Below, piece after piece: positions 28,099 to 38,022 of a stretch of DNA of 64,000 bases (position 1 is the first letter of the stretch; each line of letters starts with the position of its first letter). Origin of the DNA: Alphaproteobacteria bacterium (GTDB taxonomy: Bacteria > Pseudomonadota > Alphaproteobacteria > GCA-2731375); NCBI GenBank assembly GCA_965232515.1, contig CBDDPY010000002.1, positions 6,944,001 to 7,008,000 on the forward strand, written 5' to 3'. The translations under genes were made by a program, and so were the position numbers. The notes beneath the pieces were generated by a model, which was not told the origin of the DNA, made no database searches, and was given only the letters and a program-made list of their open reading frames with translations.

Positions 28099-28983
28099 TC
28101 ACGGATTACAGAAGAGACAGTTCTGCGGAGAGGTTTTTTCTAGACCATCGCGACGTGCTCTCTCCTCGAGATGATCGCACACAGCGCATCCGAAGACCTC
28201 GTACCGCACCATCTCCGTCGGCGCGCCACAGAGTTCGCAGGGCAGTCCTTTGACCGTACCCGTCCGACCCCACCCTGGCGCCGAGCAGGACGGACATTGC
28301 GTCGCCAGCCGCCGCGCAAGCTTGAAAGCCAACCGGCGGATGGCGCGCATGCGCGTGGGATTAAGATGGGCGCGCATATCGGGCTCGACCCACGCAACGC
28401 CGTCATCGGAACGAGCAGTTGCCTCGGCCATCGCTGTCTTCAAGTCGTCAGCACTGGTCACGCCTTTCGCGATCGGCTTGCCGGGACCGTTCTCGTTTGT
28501 TCGCACGATCAGCCCATGAGTGGGAAAGCCCACGCGGGGGAGCCATTCGGCGAGTTCGTCAATATTGCGAGCCTCGTAATGGCCGTAGTTAGTGTTCTCG
28601 CAGATGAAGCTCTCAGTCAGGACGAAGCCTCGTTCGTCATCGACGAAAGTTAGGAGTTCGACGCCGGCCGGAATGAAGGGTATGAACGGATGCGGACCGA
28701 AACTACCTTCGCTGGCGATCCCAAAGGACAGCCCAGTAATCTCCATGCCCAACCGCGCCTTCCGTTCGCAGACCTCCAAGGGTGTGCCCTCGCGCGGAAC
28801 CTCGCCCGTAAAGGTCCCCAGGGTATCCGTGTCGAGACCGGACGGTGCCAGCACCTCCAAGCCGAGCGCGAAACGGAAGGGCCGTACGATCGCCTGTTCC
28901 TTCGCATGCTTGGTTGCCAAGCAGGCTATTCGTTCACAATAGACCGTCACGTCGTCTGATTGGTTCGGCCGGCAAACCGCCAC
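28099..28983 (-). CDS. Conserved hypothetical protein (DUF6671-like) with C-terminal CxxC repeats
   Basis: LATKH.KE..I, DTD.LGTFTGE..R, ASEGSFGPHP, DMRAH.NPTRM, CPSC..CELC..CAVC..CLFCNP; overlaps the pyrC stop. Confidence 0.75.
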   Translation of the reverse strand: MAVCRPNQSDDVTVYCERIACLATKHAKEQAIVRPFRFALGLEVLAPSGLDTDTLGTFTGEVPREGTPLEVCERKARLGMEITGLSFGIASEGSFGPHPFIPFIPAGVELLTFVDDERGFVLTESFICENTNYGHYEARNIDELAEWLPRVGFPTHGLIVRTNENGPGKPIAKGVTSADDLKTAMAEATARSDDGVAWVEPDMRAHLNPTRMRAIRRLAFKLARRLATQCPSCSAPGWGRTGTVKGLPCELCGAPTEMVRYEVFGCAVCDHLEERARRDGLEKTSPQNCLFCNP

Positions 28984-30044
28984 GCCAGGGTTTCGCTCGC
29001 GTGGAACGGAACGACGTGAACGTTGTCATCGCCCATCAGCTCGGGCACGTCCTGCGCCTCTCGCCGCAGCGTGACCGTTCCCTCGTTGAGCGGGAGGCCG
29101 TAAAAGCCTGGGCCGAACTCCGATGCGAAAGCCTCCAGCCGGTCGAGGGCGCCTTCCTCTTCGAACGTCTGGGCGTAACTCTCGAGTGCCGTCGGCGCAC
29201 TGAAAATACCGGCGCAGCCGCAGGCGCTTTCCTTTTCATGCTTCTGGTGGGGTGCTGAGTCGGTCCCGAGGAAAAACTTGGGGCTGCCCGATGTCGCCGC
29301 TTTGCGTAGCATCTCTTTGTGATGGCGGCGCTTGGCAACGGGCAGGCAGTAGGCGTGCGGGCGCAGCCCACCTTCGAACATGGCGTTGCGGTCGATCCGC
29401 AGGTGATGCGCCGTAATCGTTGCCGCCAGGTTCGGTCCCGCCGCCTCGGCGAAGCGAACCGAGTCTTCGGTGGTGATATGCTCCAGCACCACCTTGAGGC
29501 CGGGGAAGGCCGCCAGGACCGGTGTCAGAACCTTGTCAAGGAACACGGCCTCCCGGTCGAAGATGTCGATATCCGGCGACACCACTTCGCCATGCACCAA
29601 GAGCGGCATGCCAATGGCCTCCATGCGCTCCAGCACCGGCCAGATCTTGCGCACATCCGTGACGCCATCCGCGGAATTGGTCGTGGCCCCCGCCGGATAG
29701 AGTTTACATGCCGTAAAGACGCCGTCCTTGAAGCCTGTCGCGATCTCTTCTGGATCGATCTCATCGGTGAGGTAAGCCGTCATCAGCGGCGTGAAGCGGC
29801 ATCCTGCGGGCAGCGCATCCAGAATGCGCGTTCGATAAGCCTCGGCCGCGGCGGCCGTCGTCACCGGCGGAACCAGGTTCGGCATCACGATGGCGCGGGC
29901 AAACTGCCGGGCGGTGTAGTTGGCGGCGAAGGCCAACATGGCGCCATCACGGAAATGCACGTGCCAATCGTCCGGCTCGCGCAGTATCAAAACGTCATCA
30001 GTATCGTGGGACGGCTCTTGGCTCCCATTGTCTCGAAGACTCAC
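28947..30044 (-). CDS. pyrC: Dihydroorotase (E. coli-type)
   Basis: PDDWHVHFRDG, VMPNL.PP, KLYPAGATTNS, LEHITT, FFLGTDSAPH, CGCAG. Confidence 0.96.
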   Translation of the reverse strand: MSLRDNGSQEPSHDTDDVLILREPDDWHVHFRDGAMLAFAANYTARQFARAIVMPNLVPPVTTAAAAEAYRTRILDALPAGCRFTPLMTAYLTDEIDPEEIATGFKDGVFTACKLYPAGATTNSADGVTDVRKIWPVLERMEAIGMPLLVHGEVVSPDIDIFDREAVFLDKVLTPVLAAFPGLKVVLEHITTEDSVRFAEAAGPNLAATITAHHLRIDRNAMFEGGLRPHAYCLPVAKRRHHKEMLRKAATSGSPKFFLGTDSAPHQKHEKESACGCAGIFSAPTALESYAQTFEEEGALDRLEAFASEFGPGFYGLPLNEGTVTLRREAQDVPELMGDDNVHVVPFHASETLAWRFAGRTNQTT

Positions 30045-30836
30045 TTATTTTCCTTATCCCGATACTTGCGGCTCATACAAACACCCTGCACAAAAACGCC
30101 CAAAGACAATGATCGGTCAACCAACGAGTTGCGTGGCACTTTCCACTTTTTGTCCAAGACCTTCATCTGGTCAGCAAGTTTGAAACGTCAATCGATCTCT
30201 CCCCGGTGCGTGATACTTTTTATCGATGCCTTTCATGACGATTTCGCATCTGTCCCTGCCAATCCCCTATAAGTCATGGGGTTCCGGTGCTGAGCCGCTA
30301 GCACAGTGCTTTGGCAGGCCCACCTTTTCTTGCATTTCACGGTCCGATCAGCGTAGATGATTCCGCCCGGCGCAAAATCGTCGGATGGGGACCGCTAACC
30401 CCCTGAAAAGCCAAGGCGGCCGTGTGATCGGCGCGCCCCTAATCTGCTTGCCCATCCGTTCAGCACGGCCGGATGGCGGCGGAATATCCAGGGCCCCGGC
30501 CTATTGCCCAGCGGGAATCCAAGACGCAAGCTACGAAGGACAGGCTGAGCAGTAGCCAGCCGATGGAATCATGTAGAGCTACATCGGCACGACAAACTCG
30601 AGATATTCCTTATGCATGTTATCGGGTATTGGCGGATCAGCGTAGAAAACCGTCGCGGCCAATGTGACGGTACGGCGTATGCAGAGCTTTCTTCGATCCA
30701 AGGTCGACAAAGCGATCGCGCCGGTTAGCTATGAGATAAAGGCGGGTGCTTGACACATCCACGCCCTGACATCCAGGCAGACTAACCAGCTTTCTTCGTG
30801 AGCTGGCGAAACACGGCTGATAGTCGTGGTTCTGCG

Positions 30837-33443
30837 CTAGAACCTGATACCAAGTGATCCAATGAAGGTGCGGCCTGGCGCCGGGAGTATCCATTGGCCA
30901 AGTGCCGGTACGTAAGCCACATCGGTCACATTGTTGACCGCGAACCGCAGATTTACATGGCTGCCAAGTGCGTAGGAGCCGTAGATGTCGTAGACGGTGT
31001 ACCCATCGGTCACATAGGTGCCGGCGAGGCTGCCGTAAGCTGGCAATCCTCGCGTCGCATGCTTTGCGCGACCGCCCGCGATTAGCCTTTGGTCGAACAA
31101 CCTCACGCCGGCATCGATGGTGAACTGCGTCTCGGGCGGTACAAACAGAACGCCTGGCTCCGCCTCGTGTGACTCATCGTTATATGTGTAGGTATCGGCC
31201 CATTCTGTTTCGAGAAAGGTGACTGCTCCACCTATGTAGAACAGGCCGGCATCGTAACTTGCCTCAAACTCGAGACCCCTCATTCGAGTTGTGTCGTCAA
31301 GATTCACATGGGCGTAGTATTCGAAGTCGGTTTCAGAGCGATAGATTTGGCCGATCGTTATGTAGTCCTCGATTTCGCGATAAAAACCGACGAACTTCAT
31401 ACGGAATTTATCCCCTGCCAGGAGCACGTCGTCGTGGGAAAGGTTGGCGCCAACTTCCAATGTCCAGCTCCGCTCCGGTTCAAGCAAGGGATTCGGCGCG
31501 AACTCGTTGTTGGTGGCGCCGGGATGTCCGCCGGTGGCAAAGGCCTCCATGATCGTGGGCGGACGATACCCCTGGGAATATTTGACGAAGGGTTGCAGCC
31601 AGTCGAAGGGCTTTACCGCGACCAAGGCGGTCGGCAAGAGCGCGCCGCCGGAGAGATCGACGTCGACGGAGGCGGTGTCCTGCTCCCACGGTCCATAGGC
31701 TCTTCTTTCCACTGTAATATCGGGGGGACAAACTTCAATTGGTCCTAACACCGGGTGGTTGACAGAGAAGCATGGTCCCCCCGGCACAACGACTTCCACC
31801 ACTTCCGACGTCCGTGTCCGGTCTCCGAATATCCGTGTGGTCCCGCCAAGTTCGTAATAATCGTAGCGCAGACCGCCCGAGACGGTCAGCCAGTCGCCGT
31901 ACTCCCATGTCGAATTGGTGAAGCCGCTGACGACATCGCGACGGCCGCTGGGGTTCAGCCCGCGATAACCGTAGCTCAGGTCCACACCCAGGCTCTCGTC
32001 GAACATCTCCGGCGTGGTCGTTTCGCCGTCATCGCGAAAGGCCTCGACTCCAAAGTTGAGAGAAAGATCTCCGAAGCCAAGTGCAAATCGGCTGGTGTTT
32101 TGGAGGCTGCCGCCAAATGTGGCCAGCTCGTAATCGATATGCCTGAATTCCCCCAAACGATCCGCGGTGCGGGCGCCGCGCTTTTCTTTGTTCTTGGTTT
32201 GCGTGTACCAAATCTGAGTATCGATATGAAAAAGATCGCTCTCCGGATCCCATTCAAAGGATGCCGTCAGAGTATTGTTGGTAACATCCTGCTCATCTTC
32301 CCGCTTGAAAGTCTCTTCAATGGTATCTCCCCGGTAGATGCCCTGGCTCGAGTCTGTTTGGTTGTGGAACCATCCCACGATCAGCCTGGCGTTGTCGGTG
32401 ATGTCCGCCTCTGCCTTGAGCAAGCCCGACCAGGTCTCCGATCCGCTGAAAAGGAGTCCCTCGTCTCTGTAGGTCCCCTCCCAGATGTCGATATCGCCGT
32501 TCCCCCCGATGTCGTACGCGCCGATGTCCCTGTGGCTGACGCCGCCGAGAAGGGAGAGCCTGTCGCCAATGCGGGTGGCCACCGCGGCGGAACCGTGGAA
32601 ATTGTATTCGTTCGTGCCAGTCGCCGCGTTCAGTTCGGTACCCCAACGCCGGCCAGGTTCGATGAGATCATCCGCGATGAGCGTACGGAAATTCACCGTG
32701 CCGCCGAGCGCGCCGGCGCCGCCAACGGCGGATGTTGCGCTCTTCTCGATCTCCACCTGTCGGATGAAGCTGGTATCGACATAGGTCCGCTGGGTCGAGC
32801 CATGCGCGTTTCGCTGAAAATTCTGCCGCGCGCCGTCGATCATTGTGACGACGCGGTTTTGGTCCTGAAGACCGCGGACATTCACGCTTATGCCGGGATT
32901 CTGCCCCTCGGACCGATTGGCATAGACACCCGCGACATTGTCGAGCAAATCGCGCGCGTTTCGCGACGGGGCGCGCTCGATGGCTTCGCGCGAAATCACG
33001 CTGACACTGGCCGGCGTCTCGTAAACCCAGTCCGGCGTGCCTTGATAGCCCGAACCCGAGGCGGCGGTACGATCGTCGCTGGCGGTAATCGTGATCGGGG
33101 ACAGCTTCATCGGCCCGCCGTCCGCCTGTCCGCCTTTGATCTCTAGTGTTACCGCGTCGACGCTCGTGTAGCGGTAAGTAAGATCGCTGCCCGCGAGGAG
33201 CTGGCGCAACGCCACCGCCGAGGTATAGCTGCCGCGCACACCGGCCGAGGTTTTGCCTTTGGCGATCCGAGCGTCGAACAGGACTTCCAGTCCGCTCTGC
33301 TCGGCGAAGGCCAGAAGCGCCGAGGATAGCGGCTGGGGCACGATCTCAAAGGCGTGTGTTTCGGCTTGCTGTGCTGCGGCCATTCCCGCGGCGCCAAGAC
33401 CCAAGACGATACTAAAGGCCCATACGCATACCCTGGTCATCAT
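30837..33443 (-). CDS. TonB-dependent transducer, heme/hemoprotein receptor-like, with N-terminal signalling (STN) domain
   Basis: Signal peptide, STN (QPLSSAL..FAEQSG), plug RGLQD..RV...IDGARQ, YRPPT..E..HP..NP.L.PE, terminal Phe. Confidence 0.88.
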   Translation of the reverse strand: MMTRVCVWAFSIVLGLGAAGMAAAQQAETHAFEIVPQPLSSALLAFAEQSGLEVLFDARIAKGKTSAGVRGSYTSAVALRQLLAGSDLTYRYTSVDAVTLEIKGGQADGGPMKLSPITITASDDRTAASGSGYQGTPDWVYETPASVSVISREAIERAPSRNARDLLDNVAGVYANRSEGQNPGISVNVRGLQDQNRVVTMIDGARQNFQRNAHGSTQRTYVDTSFIRQVEIEKSATSAVGGAGALGGTVNFRTLIADDLIEPGRRWGTELNAATGTNEYNFHGSAAVATRIGDRLSLLGGVSHRDIGAYDIGGNGDIDIWEGTYRDEGLLFSGSETWSGLLKAEADITDNARLIVGWFHNQTDSSQGIYRGDTIEETFKREDEQDVTNNTLTASFEWDPESDLFHIDTQIWYTQTKNKEKRGARTADRLGEFRHIDYELATFGGSLQNTSRFALGFGDLSLNFGVEAFRDDGETTTPEMFDESLGVDLSYGYRGLNPSGRRDVVSGFTNSTWEYGDWLTVSGGLRYDYYELGGTTRIFGDRTRTSEVVEVVVPGGPCFSVNHPVLGPIEVCPPDITVERRAYGPWEQDTASVDVDLSGGALLPTALVAVKPFDWLQPFVKYSQGYRPPTIMEAFATGGHPGATNNEFAPNPLLEPERSWTLEVGANLSHDDVLLAGDKFRMKFVGFYREIEDYITIGQIYRSETDFEYYAHVNLDDTTRMRGLEFEASYDAGLFYIGGAVTFLETEWADTYTYNDESHEAEPGVLFVPPETQFTIDAGVRLFDQRLIAGGRAKHATRGLPAYGSLAGTYVTDGYTVYDIYGSYALGSHVNLRFAVNNVTDVAYVPALGQWILPAPGRTFIGSLGIRF

Positions 33444-33495
33444 GACCTGTCCCTAACTCCCGCCGCTATCGCCGATGGTCGTGCATTCATTGGGC

Positions 33496-33511
33496 GCGAA
33501 TGCGTCTCATT
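33496..33511. promoter_or_regulatory. Fur-like box upstream of the heme receptor
   Basis: GCGAATGCGTCTCATT matches the four other sites. Confidence 0.5.
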
Positions 33512-33619
33512 TGCAGTAACTATGATGGAAGACGGGAAAGGTCCGGGGGACCATTACAAGCGGAATGAAAAAAGTTTTGGGCCGTAGTCCCGAGTCGGCC
33601 GATGGGCTACGGCCTCGGT

Positions 33620-34600
33620 CTACGACGTGGGATCGGCGTCGACCAGGATAAGCAGATCGCTCAGGCGGCGCAGCCGCACCGGCAGTGATCGCTCGATTGT
33701 CTCGAGCGTGGCGTCGGTGTCCGTGATGGCGAACGATCCGGTGACGCGGAGGGCCTCAACCGCACTGTCCAGAATGACGATCCGCCCCCTACGGTAGCGT
33801 TCTAACTCGCCGAGAACTTCGCCCAGCGGCCGGTTGTCGAAGACCAGTCTTCCCCGGCGCCACGCGAGGGCCGTCGCTGCATCGGCCTTGGTAATCGTAC
33901 CAAGTCCGGCATTGGTGACGCGAATGCTCTGCCCCACGGCGACGACCGCCGAACCCTGGCCGTGATCCGATACCGCGACGTTGCTCTCCGTCACGATCAC
34001 CTCGACCCCACCCTCTATGTGTCGCGCCGAAAAAGCGGTGCCAAGGACTTCGATGCGCCCAATGGAGGCGTCCACGATGAAGGAGCGGGCCGCGTCCCTC
34101 GCAACCTCGAAGTACGCTTCGCCAGCGTGCAGCGTGACCTCGCGACTGTCGGCGTTGATGTCAACGGAGAGAGCGGTGTCCGTGTTGAGGTGTACCGTAG
34201 AACCATCTACCAGTCCGATCATGCGTTGCTCGCCCGGCCAGGTGCGGTGGTCGGCGAAGAGGCCCGGTCTGGTAAGACCGTAGGCACTAACGCAGACCGC
34301 AACGGTTACCGAGGCGGCAATCGCCATCCGACGCAAGGCGTGCCGGCGGCCAGGAGAGGCCGGGCCCGCTGTATTGGTCCGGGTGCTTTTCGCGCCGTTT
34401 CGGTCATCCGGACACCGGGCGATTCGATCGAGGCCCGCCCAGAGGCGCTCGATCTCCCGATAGGCCTCGGCATGGGCCGGGTCGGCTTCCCGCCAAGCCT
34501 CGAATTCCCCCCGGTCGCTATCGGAGATCTCCTCGTCACGCAAACGCACGAACCATGCCGTGGCCGCGTCCTCTACCGATAGTCCGTTGGATTCGTGCAT
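33620..34600 (-). CDS. fecR: FecR family anti-sigma/sensor
   Basis: A.AWFVRL, F.AW..ADPAH, L.DGS.V.LNTDT, GEAYF.V, AWR.GRLVF. Confidence 0.92.
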   Translation of the reverse strand: MHESNGLSVEDAATAWFVRLRDEEISDSDRGEFEAWREADPAHAEAYREIERLWAGLDRIARCPDDRNGAKSTRTNTAGPASPGRRHALRRMAIAASVTVAVCVSAYGLTRPGLFADHRTWPGEQRMIGLVDGSTVHLNTDTALSVDINADSREVTLHAGEAYFEVARDAARSFIVDASIGRIEVLGTAFSARHIEGGVEVIVTESNVAVSDHGQGSAVVAVGQSIRVTNAGLGTITKADAATALAWRRGRLVFDNRPLGEVLGELERYRRGRIVILDSAVEALRVTGSFAITDTDATLETIERSLPVRLRRLSDLLILVDADPTS

Positions 34601-34732
34601 CAGGAGATCTTGCCTGCCAGAAGGTGGTTGGTCGTGCGCACCTCCAAATCCTTGCACTGCCTATGTCGCCTCCCATCGCATAAGACGTTGTCCGCCAGCA
34701 TCGCCATTACTCAAAAATTCCATCTTCATATG

Positions 34733-35230
34733 TCAGTCCTTGGAAAGCCGATCGCGGCAGTGTGCGAGTGCCCGCATCATGTGCACCATCACTGTGTTTT
34801 TGGAGATGCCGAGTCGCTCGGCGATCGCTCCATAGCTAAGGCCGTCGAACTTATGAAGCAGCATGACGTCCCGCTGGCGCGGCGGCAGCTCTTCTATGGC
34901 CCGTTCCAGGCGGCGCAACTCGTCCCGTGTCAGAAGCGCCCATTCCGGGCTCGGCGCCTCGTCCGGGATCGCATCCCAAAGGGATGTGTCGGCTAAATCG
35001 GCCCGCCGCTTCATGCCGCGGAAATGGTCGGCCAGCAAGTTCGACGCAATCCGATAGAGGTAGGCGCGTGGGTTCTCCACCGTGCCAGGGGGCTCGCTGC
35101 GCAGCAGCCGGACGAAGACCTCCTGCGTCAGGTCCGCGGCCGTCTGAGCGCAGTTCAGTCGCCGGGTCAGGTAGCGGCGAAGCTCCTCGCCATGCTCCGA
35201 GTAAAACCGTCTGACATCGCTATGCCGCAC
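34733..35230 (-). CDS. fecI: FecI-like ECF sigma factor
   Basis: AADLTQEVF.RL, NPRAYLYRIA.NL, LPPRQR, GLSY..IA.RLGIS. Confidence 0.92.
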   Translation of the reverse strand: MRHSDVRRFYSEHGEELRRYLTRRLNCAQTAADLTQEVFVRLLRSEPPGTVENPRAYLYRIASNLLADHFRGMKRRADLADTSLWDAIPDEAPSPEWALLTRDELRRLERAIEELPPRQRDVMLLHKFDGLSYGAIAERLGISKNTVMVHMMRALAHCRDRLSKD

Positions 35231-35275
35231 CGAAATTCAACTTTCGAGAACTAATACGCACTTAACCCCTATCGC

Positions 35276-35296
35276 AATTGAGAACCGTTCGCAATT
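35276..35296. promoter_or_regulatory. Fur-like box upstream of the first fecI
   Basis: AATTGAGAACCGTTCGCAATT, near-palindrome. Confidence 0.65.
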
Positions 35297-35504
35297 TCAT
35301 TTGCCTTCAACGACTTGCGTGTCCGCCGACATTCAACGAAGGCCAGTGGCGGTTTAGAGCACTTGCACTGTCTTTCAGGCAGGACTGACGTGCCTGTTAT
35401 CATCTGCGTCTTCAATTCGGCCGGAAAGAGCGCACCGGAATAGGAGGAAGACCTCGCGACGGTTGCCGACCTTTCTTCGTAGACTGACGAAAGAACGCTG
35501 GCCG

Positions 35505-36314
35505 TCAGGTGATGAAGAACTGCACGGGCACAATGAACTCCAGACGTTCCTTACGCATATCGTCGGGTATGGGAGGGAGCGGCTGTGCGCTCTCCAACAT
35601 GTCAAGGGCCGCGTCATCGAGCAGACGATGTCCGGAGCTTTCTCGAATGCGTGAGTCGATTACGCGACCTTCCCGGTCGACAACGATGTAGAGCAGAACG
35701 ACACCCTGTTGGCGCCGTTGTTGGGCGGCCCGAGGATACTCTTTATGGCGCTCAAGCCAAGCGAGCAGCACGGAGGCATAGTCGGCCTCGGCTCCTGCCA
35801 TTCCGCCAGCGCTTGCGTCAGCCGCGCTGTTTCCAGCGTCCCGACTATCTTGGGTGCCGGCCTTACCGCCCGCGCCTGGCGTGAACGGTTCGACATCCGC
35901 AAGATCGATCTCCGGTATTGGCTCGATAAGTGTCGGCCGCACAGGTGCTTCGGGCTTGCGCATCGGCGGTGGCGGCGCCAGTTCCGCGATTTCGGCCGGC
36001 GTCTCGATAACCTCGGGAATCTCCGGCTCCGCTGGCTCGGATTGCGGTTCGGGCATCGGTTGCGCTGTTTCCGGTGGCGGCGGCTCGGTTGCTGGTTCAG
36101 TTGGCGCGACCTCATCCGCGTCTGTCGGACGTGGTTGAGCAGCGACACCGCCCGGCGCGCCGCCGGCGGGACCAAGGGCGATCTCTATGCCGCCTATCCC
36201 GGGCGCCTTTGCCCCCGCATCCGCTCGTTGCCAGAGCATGGCGGCGGCGACGCCAGCATGAAACACGATGGCCGTGATGACTGCAATCATCCAATGCCGG
36301 CTTCCCATCCGCAT
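35505..36314 (-). CDS. tonB: Energy transducer TonB
   Basis: N-terminal TM with His, Pro/Glu-rich linker, YPRAA......G.V, SSG..LLD.AA. Confidence 0.92.
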   Translation of the reverse strand: MRMGSRHWMIAVITAIVFHAGVAAAMLWQRADAGAKAPGIGGIEIALGPAGGAPGGVAAQPRPTDADEVAPTEPATEPPPPETAQPMPEPQSEPAEPEIPEVIETPAEIAELAPPPPMRKPEAPVRPTLIEPIPEIDLADVEPFTPGAGGKAGTQDSRDAGNSAADASAGGMAGAEADYASVLLAWLERHKEYPRAAQQRRQQGVVLLYIVVDREGRVIDSRIRESSGHRLLDDAALDMLESAQPLPPIPDDMRKERLEFIVPVQFFIT

Positions 36315-36730
36315 CAGTCGGCCCCGTCGATCACGGCCGGTATTGTCAGCAACTTCAGACGCTCCACGCCAGCTTCGCGCAGAATTTCCATGATTGTGAT
36401 GACTTGCACCGAATCCGTCCCGCTGTCGGCTTTCAGCCATACTTGTAGGCTGGCGTCGCCGATCAGCCTTTTCGCAACAGATTCCTCAAGGGAGGCTTGA
36501 TCGATCCGTTCGCCGTCGACGGCAAGGTCTCCATTGGCGCCGATCACGATTACCAGTTCGCGCGCATCAATCGTCCCCTCGCTGGCTGACCGCGGCGGCG
36601 TGACTTCGATCGGGTCGACTGAGGCCAGCTTGCCTGTCAGCATAAAAAAGATCAGCAGCAAGAACACCACGTTGATCAAGGGCAGGATCCGTTCGTCGTC
36701 ACTCTTCGGCCGGGGCGGTTGAAAGCGCAT
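36314..36730 (-). CDS. exbD: Biopolymer transport protein ExbD
   Basis: LPLINVVFLLLIFFML, LKAD. Confidence 0.9.
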   Translation of the reverse strand: MRFQPPRPKSDDERILPLINVVFLLLIFFMLTGKLASVDPIEVTPPRSASEGTIDARELVIVIGANGDLAVDGERIDQASLEESVAKRLIGDASLQVWLKADSGTDSVQVITIMEILREAGVERLKLLTIPAVIDGAD

Positions 36731-36733
36731 ATC

Positions 36734-37156
36734 TCACCCGCCGCCGTCGCGGATCAGCGACATATCCGCAACGCCGATCGCTTTCAGCCGGTCGAGCACA
36801 TCGACCGTGCGCTGCAACGGAACACCTTCGGACGGTTTGATCAGCACGCGTTGATCGGGCTTGACGACGAGGCGTTCGCCGACGCGGCCGGCCAGGGCAT
36901 CGAGCGTCACCGGCTCGGCCGCCAGCCGCAAGCCGTCGGGCTTGATCTCTATGAGAAGCGCGCCCTCGGTGGATGCGGCGGCGCCAGACGCCTGAACCGG
37001 TGCGTCGAGATCGATCGCCCGCCAGTCGAGGAAGCTCGACGCCAGCATGAAGAAGATCAGCAAGATGAAGACCACGTCTATCAGCGGTGTAAGGCTGATG
37101 AGCGGGCGCTTGCGTGCCGGCTTACTCAGCAGCGGTGGCGAGGTTGCTCCGGTCAC
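36734..37156 (-). CDS. exbD: Biopolymer transport protein ExbD
   Basis: LTPLIDVVFILLIFFML. Confidence 0.9.
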   Translation of the reverse strand: MTGATSPPLLSKPARKRPLISLTPLIDVVFILLIFFMLASSFLDWRAIDLDAPVQASGAAASTEGALLIEIKPDGLRLAAEPVTLDALAGRVGERLVVKPDQRVLIKPSEGVPLQRTVDVLDRLKAIGVADMSLIRDGGG

Positions 37157-37919
37157 GGTGCGTGTCTTTCTGCTTTTTATCTTCTTGATTGTGGACCTCC
37201 TCCGACAGATCCTCCGTGAAGACCTGGGTGACGAGGTTGTCCATTTCGTGCGCGAGCCCGTCGACCCGGCGTTCCAGCCAGTTGAGGACCGCGACCACCG
37301 GAATGGCGACGGCGAGGCCCACGGCGGTTGTCAGGAGCGCCTGCCAGATGCCGCCGGACAAGATGGCTGGATTGACCTGGTTGCCCGCAGCTTCGAGCTC
37401 CTGAAAGGCCTCTATCATGCCGAGCACCGTGCCAAACAGGCCGAGTAGCGGCGCCAAGGAGGCGATCACCTCCAGAATCCGAAACCCACCACGGAGGTTC
37501 TCGAGCACGTCGCCGCCGTAGCGGAGGAGTTCCTCGCGGATTTTCACCTCGGGTACGCCGCGCTGCAAACCACGGATCGCGCGCGCCAGAACCTCGCCGA
37601 CCGGGCTGCGGGCGCGTTTGGCCGCGGCGAGGGCTTCCTTCGTCTTACCTTCTTTGTACAGATGAAGCGCCTTACGGCCGTTGCGGCTCCGGCCCACATT
37701 GGTCCGGCTGAATTGCCAAAGTTTCAGAAGGATAACTGCCGTCGCCAGCACCGACATGGCGATCAGGATCATGACCACCGGACCGCCGGCCTGGATCATG
37801 TCGAAAGCCTGTTGAAAACCGTCGGCAGGAACTGCTTGTTCCTCTAGGCCCTCGACCGGCGACACCGCATCGGCGGCATCCTCGTCTGTCACGATTTCTG
37901 TTGTTGTCTGTTCATCCAT
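37122..37919 (-). CDS. exbB: MotA/TolQ/ExbB proton channel protein
   Basis: APLLGLFGTV.GMI.AF, GI..AL.TTA.GL.VAIP. Confidence 0.92.
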   Translation of the reverse strand: MDEQTTTEIVTDEDAADAVSPVEGLEEQAVPADGFQQAFDMIQAGGPVVMILIAMSVLATAVILLKLWQFSRTNVGRSRNGRKALHLYKEGKTKEALAAAKRARSPVGEVLARAIRGLQRGVPEVKIREELLRYGGDVLENLRGGFRILEVIASLAPLLGLFGTVLGMIEAFQELEAAGNQVNPAILSGGIWQALLTTAVGLAVAIPVVAVLNWLERRVDGLAHEMDNLVTQVFTEDLSEEVHNQEDKKQKDTHRDRSNLATAAE

Positions 37920-37985
37920 ACAAGTTGCCCCTTGGTCCGGCCACCGGGGCGTTTCGCATTCGCCGTGCCCCTCCTGTGCTAAATC

Positions 37986-38002
37986 TGAGAATGAGACGCA
38001 TT
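37986..38002. promoter_or_regulatory. Fur-like box upstream of exbB
   Basis: TGAGAATGAGACGCATT. Confidence 0.5.
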
Positions 38003-38022
38003 ACCATTAAATCCAACGTGCC

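Noticed and set aside
30045-30836. Genes or ncRNA in the pyrC-TBDR gap
   Set aside because: Only short motif-less ORFs; looks like a decayed module junction, and I could not support any specific call
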